Assembly (NCBI GenBank): GCA_951406725.2
Contig: OX597829.1
Location: 35,712,001-35,776,000 of the forward strand
Source: Octopus vulgaris
Lineage: Eukaryota
DNA length: 64,000 nt
Reading direction: 5' to 3'
Part shown: in pieces, positions 58,098 to 64,000 of the stretch
Layout of the letters: each line of letters starts with the position of its first letter
Position numbering within the stretch: position 1 is the first letter of the stretch
Notes under the pieces: generated by a model
What the model saw: the letters and a program-made list of their open reading frames with translations, nothing else
Database searches by the model: none
Told to the model about the DNA's origin: nothing
Position numbers and translations under genes: made by a program

Positions 58098-58449
58098 ACA
58101 CACATACACACTTCTATGCAACAACTCTCCAAAAACATACAAGAATAAACTCATACTGTAAATACCCAACAAAATGAACAAAACCCACATGTGCCATAGA
58201 AGCTCGATACCGACAGACGAGCCCAACCTGTGCTACAAAAGCAACACACAATGTAAAAACCAATACGCCAAAAACTCAAACCAAACCCCATAACAAAACG
58301 TACTGATACAATACAATATCCACTCTCCCCAAACACTGCAGCACACACCACGCCTCCAACACAAAGGTGCAACAATTGATGCAATAGAAAGTTGCTTGAA
58401 ACTTTCAGGAGCAGAAAAATAGTAATAGTGATGACGTTGGTAACGAAAG

Positions 58450-59120
58450 TAACCATACCTCAGTTTATGAGAAAGAGGAGTTTCCGAAACAGCGAAAATG
58501 AAGCTGGACCTTTAAGAGAAGGCATCGCGTTCGGCAGTGGTTCAGTAAAGATGCAGACTGACCACAGCTGTTATCCTAAAGCAGTATCAGCAGATAATAG
58601 AGCAAAGAGGAGGAAGTGGACCAGCAAAGAAACAGAAGTGATGCAGTGCTACTTAGAAAGTGAAAACGGATGCAAACACTTCGGTTAGGGAAGGGCATGT
58701 TTAAAGGGACTAAGCAGAGATTAGTTGATCAAGTTAATACTTTTAGGGGAAGAAGTAGATAACAGAATATGGGGTAGAAAAGATTACAAGAGAACTGGAA
58801 AAGAAAGACCAGGGACAAGGCAATAGGAAAGACAACACAAGAGATACAGCTCGGATCAAAGAAAAGCCTAAAGGAAAAAAATAACAATAGCGCTACAAAC
58901 GACTTAAGTGATTTAAATGAAGAAGATCAGAAGATTTTAGATGAGTTGCAGGAAGTAATGTGTAAAGAAGTAAGAAAAAAGCTGCCAGCGTTAAAATACA
59001 TCAATAAAAGGAAGCTGCTAGAAATAACTAGGAAAGTATATTCTGTAATCAGTAGGGGATAGATACTAAAAATGTAGGAGACACTAACTTATTGATCTAT
59101 GAAGGTGGGGCAGTAGTCTC
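58450..59120 (+). mobile_element. 5' fragment of the R4/Dong family
   Basis: Starts tacctcagtttatga like the 6561 end; ADNRAKRRKWTSKETEVMQCYLESE; aligns to reverse complement of 5880-6560. Confidence 0.8.
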
Positions 59121-59487
59121 TAGACGTGGTTCAACAGAAATGGCGATTGTCTTTTATCTATATTCGAAAATGATGACAGATGGTTTTTCAGACGACTTTT
59201 CATGGTGTCTCCGGTGCCACCAATGTACACGTATTTTTGCGTAACTATCTTTACCTCACAATTGTACACTACATTCCTTGTCATGCAGTTGTTGTTAAAA
59301 CTGCATTCCTACTTATGTCTGCAGTTAACCCATGATATTATTTTTCCTTTCTTTCCGTTGAGTTACTGTTACCAGCCCTCTTTCTTTTTCCTCCTGTAAT
59401 CGTACACTCATTTTCCTTATGCATCGATTGTACCTTTAACTGTGTGATGCTGTTTGGGCTCATTTTTGTTGTTGACGAGTTTATATG

Positions 59488-59589
<102 letters not shown>

Positions 59590-59689
59590 TGTGTTGTATG
59601 CGTGTATGTGTAAGTGTGTGTGCATGCGTGCGTGTATGTGTAAGTTAAAATCAAAATTTAGACTTAAATTTAAAATTCAGTTTAAATTT

Positions 59690-60490
59690 CAAGGGGTATT
59701 TCTGCATTGTGAGGAAGCCTTTGAGTTTATTGTGTTGGATTTCATGTATTTTGGAGTCAGTCACTATAGCACAGATGCGTCTTGCCATGCTGTATGGAAT
59801 TTTTCTTTTGTTGTGTGATGGATGGCAAGATTAGAAATTTAAATATTGGTGTGTGTCAGTTTTTTCGTAAAATACGTTTGTTGTGACTGTAGAGTTTTTT
59901 TTTATGTGGATATCCAGGAATGGTAATTCATTGCAACTTGATTCCGTCATTAGTTTTATGGATGGGTGAAGTGTGTTCAGTATATTGTTAAATATACTTA
60001 GATCTTCATTCGATCTGTCCCAGAAGATGAAGCAATCCTCAAGGAAACGTTTCCATTTTTTAATGATATATTTCTTGTATTCCTGATCAAAAGCTTTTTC
60101 TACTTCGTCATAAAGCTTTTGTTCCAAGTATCCCATAACTAAGTTTGCATATGAAGGCGCAAATCGCGTACCCATAGCCGTGCCCTTTGTCTGCCGAAAT
60201 GTTTTATTGTCGAATCTAAAGGTATTTTCTTCTAGTACTAGTTGTGTGGCCTTGGTGATGAAGTCGGTTTTGAAGCGTTAATTTATCCGTCCACTATGTT
60301 TCTCTTCCCAGTGTTTGATTGCTTCTAGACCTAAGGTGTGAGGTATATTAGTAAATAGATTGGTGACAGCAAAACTTGTAAGTACAATACCTTCTACGAC
60401 AGTGGGAGGGATGTGTTGGATGAAATCTATGCCATCCAGGACATAACTGGGTATTTAAGGGAGCAAAGTTTTTAGGAGTACATCCAAAAA
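59690..60490 (-). pseudogene. Penelope-like reverse transcriptase relic
   Basis: SFAVTNLFTNIPH, NTFRFDNKTFRQTKGTAMGTRFAPSYANL, WKRFLEDCF, LPFLDI, THQYL, SCHPSH..IPYSMARRI. Confidence 0.9.
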
Positions 60491-60929
60491 CTATTTATCT
60501 ATCTATCATGATTATTATGAACTTCTGCTAACGCATGCGTAATGATATATAGTAACCTGGCGCCGGCCGGAGTGAAGTATTTATGACTGAACTATAGTTT
60601 ATGTGCATGCACGAACACAAGTAACCTACCATTTAAATTTGTACTTGTTCGAATATTTCTACAACTTCTATTATTTATGTTTCATTGTCTTTTTTCCAGT
60701 TAATATTCTTCATTTATTCATCCTTGTTTTTAATATTAAATGCACATTCTGTCAACAAGTGCTTTGCAATAATTCATCTTACAGCTGTTTGCTTTAAATT
60801 TTACATTTTCATCTGTTGCTTTCCCGGTGTTCTACTTAGAATTAATATTTCATTGCTTGACATATCTACACATTTGTGCTTCCCCGAATGTCTTTTCCTC
60901 CAGCTTCAAGAAAAATGGATACATTTGGT

Positions 60930-61425
60930 GGGTTGAGAGAGGAATTTCGGAAAATTCATGCGAGGCACTTTTGTTTTCTCATAACTTTCTGAAAAATGGA
61001 CATGCCTTTTAGAGTGTGTAGTACGTTTTAGAGTGTGAAAATTACGATTATATCAGAATTTAATATGAGAAAAAATCGTGTACTTGTTCACATACATCAC
61101 ATATATGTTCATATACATCACATATATCTGCAAAATAAAACCTCAAATTTCGTGCCCACCATTTTTCTTTCCATTTCATATTCGGATATAATCCCAATTC
61201 GTACATTCTGAAAGAGATTTGTCGAAAATTTCATTTAAAAATACCAATTTTCCCAAAATTATGAGAAAACAAAGCCGACTTGTGTGAATTTCCCGAAACT
61301 CCTCTCCTCACACCCCGGAAAAACATTTTCACAATAAATTCTGCTATAATCGGAATCTACATTATCTGAAGTGCATTTAGAGAAAATGTTATGAAAAATA
61401 TATTCATATTTTTGGAACTTTGATT
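60930..61425. repeat. Unclassified AT-rich element with internal inverted repeats
   Basis: gaggaatttcggaaaattca...ttgttttctcataa (60940-60985) vs ttatgagaaaacaaa...tgaatttcccgaaactcctc (61259-61305). Confidence 0.45.
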
Positions 61426-61609
61426 ATATATATATGAACACACAATACATTTCTTTCGTTCGTTTTGCATCAAAAAGGTGACAATAATGAGATGGGCTTA
61501 AATTTTCATAAACGTAGATAAGTTAGCGGTATGTACAGTACTTTGATATTGTGTTTTGTAACGAATACTAACTGCATTAAAAGTATACCAAAGTGTGTGT
61601 GTGTGTATG

Positions 61610-62467
61610 TACAGGGTGTGGTGAATAAACTGTCGTCTAAATTACGCAAAAATGAAATTAACACTGACGTCTTATTTTAACAGATATATTTACCAAAAAT
61701 ATAAATATCTTGAAATATTAATGAGTAAATTTATTCAATAAATGGCCTCCAGACGACATCGGAATCTCCTGCAGCTCTTCTGGACGGATGGTCTCCTTTA
61801 AGTTGGTGAATGTTGCTATAATACTTGCCTTCAGTACATATCAGATGTTACATGGAGATTTGTTGGTCTTTCGCTCAACTGCGCCTCACACATAATAATT
61901 AAGGGGTTTGCAGTCTGGGAAGTTAGGTGGTTAGATGTTAGGGATGTTGTGATCGCAGAAAATGTCTGACAGCTATGACTAGGTTCTCCTGCTTGTTTGG
62001 AATGGAGCAGAGTCCTGTTGCCAGACATAGGGTCTTCCAGTAGCCATTCTCTTGACCCAGGGCAGCACTACTTCCACTAGCCACTTGATCTAGGCTTCCG
62101 TGTTGAGTGTGAGAATGTGTGGGAAGATGAATGGTGGCATAAAGTTGATATCACAAGTGATCACTCCAAACACCATGATGTTGACTGGATGTTTGATTTT
62201 TATCACTCTTGGTACATGTCCTCAGATTGACACCTAAATACTTTGAAATATTTGTATTGGAACTTCCCTCGCGAATGCCAAACAGTATAGTATGTCGTTT
62301 CCAAATTTCTGGCAGAGTAGATTGCATCATGGTGCTGTTCTTCTCACAGATGGTGCCCAACTGACCCTACTATATATACTGTATATTCTATAAAATAAGA
62401 TAAAAATAATGCGCATGCGCGAAATTAAAGATATAAAGTGGCGACAATTTACCCATCACGCCGTGTA
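61610..62467 (-). mobile_element. maT (DD37D) internally deleted element, second copy
   Basis: Colinear with 14112-14873; TA-flanked TIRs. Confidence 0.85.
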
Positions 62468-62732
62468 TACACACATAAACACACATGCAACACACACGCA
62501 CACATACTCACACACAGACACAGGCACACACAAACATACGCGCACACATACATAGTTGGCCAAATGTCAAATTCCAAGATTTATTCATAACTTAATGAAT
62601 ATGGAACATCATGAAAATAGTTCAAACTAAAGTCCTTCTTGAACAAAACATTTCTCAATTCGAGTCAATACAGAATTACAGACAGTATTTAATTTTGATT
62701 TACTGTCGAGTGACTTTTGGCCAATCCTGTAC

Positions 62733-62785
<53 letters not shown>

Positions 62786-62965
62786 TACACACATATGAGT
62801 ATATATATATATATATATATATGTACATTATTATCAATTTAATTTACTAATTGCCTATAAATTTTTATAGCATGCTGACTACTTGATAGAAATCATCAAC
62901 GTGATTTTTATCCTTATATTCTCTCTCTTTCTGTCTGTATCTCTCTTCTCTCCCTTACTCTTTCG

Positions 62966-63067
<102 letters not shown>

Positions 63068-63637
63068 AACATATGGCGTAAACAGGGTGAATTTTAGCTA
63101 TTTCTCCGCAGACTGAAAAATATGACGAACAACCTTAATCGAACTCATTGAGTTCTTCTCAGAGACGTCTACATCATTCTGGCAGTCTTCAGAGAAAGAA
63201 GCCACCAAACTGTCTATATACTCAACAAGGAAACAATGAAGGAATTAATACCGTATATAGACCAACTATATAGTGCTCAGAATATGAGCTATATAAATAA
63301 TACAGGCATCGCTAGAAGACACAAAAGCCAGGTAATCGATAAGCAATTTTCCTTTATAACATCGGATTATTTAAGGCAAATCTCATAAAACCGTAAAAAA
63401 TATATATGCGTATACAGAATTACATAAAAATACATAAAAATACCCATATGAACATATAAAAAATGTACGTGAACATATAACAAAAATATAAAATGGTGTG
63501 CGAGTGCCTAAACTCGATACATCCGTGTTAGAAACAAGGAGGAAGAAAGTTATAGATATACGAACAATATGTTACAATATACGTAATTAATTAAAAGATA
63601 TTAAAGGTATTCCATGGCAGAGATAAATTCTAATACT

Positions 63638-63729
63638 CATCCTACGATCGTTTAGAGAAAAATGTTACTGGGGGTGGATAAAGTATTCCTGTTCATCTCC
63701 CATATAAACAGTTCCTTCATCAGGGAACA
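63638..63729 (-). ncRNA. Hammerhead motif with long loop II
   Basis: UUCC-CUGAUGA-AGGA...UCUC-UAAAC-GAUC-GUA-GGAU; palindrome ACGAUCGU; G12>U. Confidence 0.5.
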
Positions 63730-64000
63730 CATAATAGAATTAGAGTCCTCCTCGCTTAAAATAGAGAAAATAGAAAATATATAAATAAAAATTTATTGGC
63801 AGTATTAGATAGTAGTTTTTCATTGCTTTATGACTACACTTTCTTTTAACATAACTGTATATCATCTTATAGTTCTCTTTCTCTGTTTCTCCCTCGCTTT
63901 CTCTCCCTTATCACCCCTCACCCTCTCCTTTATATATATACTTTGGTAGTTGAAGTATTGGACCCTATCGACGATAGCATTACCACAAACATTCACTATA

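Overview
Eukaryotic, AT-rich, extremely microsatellite-dense DNA. The SINE families and repeat landscape look like an Octopus-type cephalopod genome (inference from recalled repeat families, not a database hit). No intact protein-coding gene is present; nearly all ORFs in the track are microsatellite translations or decayed transposon ORFs. The window appears to be the 5' region and long introns of a minus-strand host gene: candidate exons at 15759-15882, 20706-20729 (24 nt) and about 53635-53930, plus an RFX/CCAAT promoter-like module near 54.8 kb. It is filled with tRNA-derived SINEs (3 families), LINE relics (R4/Dong, Tx1, RTE, CR1), Penelope-like element (PLE) relics (RT and GIY-YIG) and Tc1/mariner derivatives (DD37D, DD41D-like, mariner). 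The most striking hidden signal is RNA-level: at least 11 type-I hammerhead ribozyme motifs from several different non-coding repeat families. Almost all have a different but palindromic stem/loop III (ACGU, ACAUAUGU, ACCAUGGU, CCAAUUGG, ACCACGUGG, ACGAUCGU), and they sit in tandem and long inverted arrays. This fits a diverse PLE-dependent retrozyme-like system. Every copy here carries at least one core substitution, so activity is unproven. A degenerate HDV-like ribozyme sits at the 5' end of an RTE LINE.
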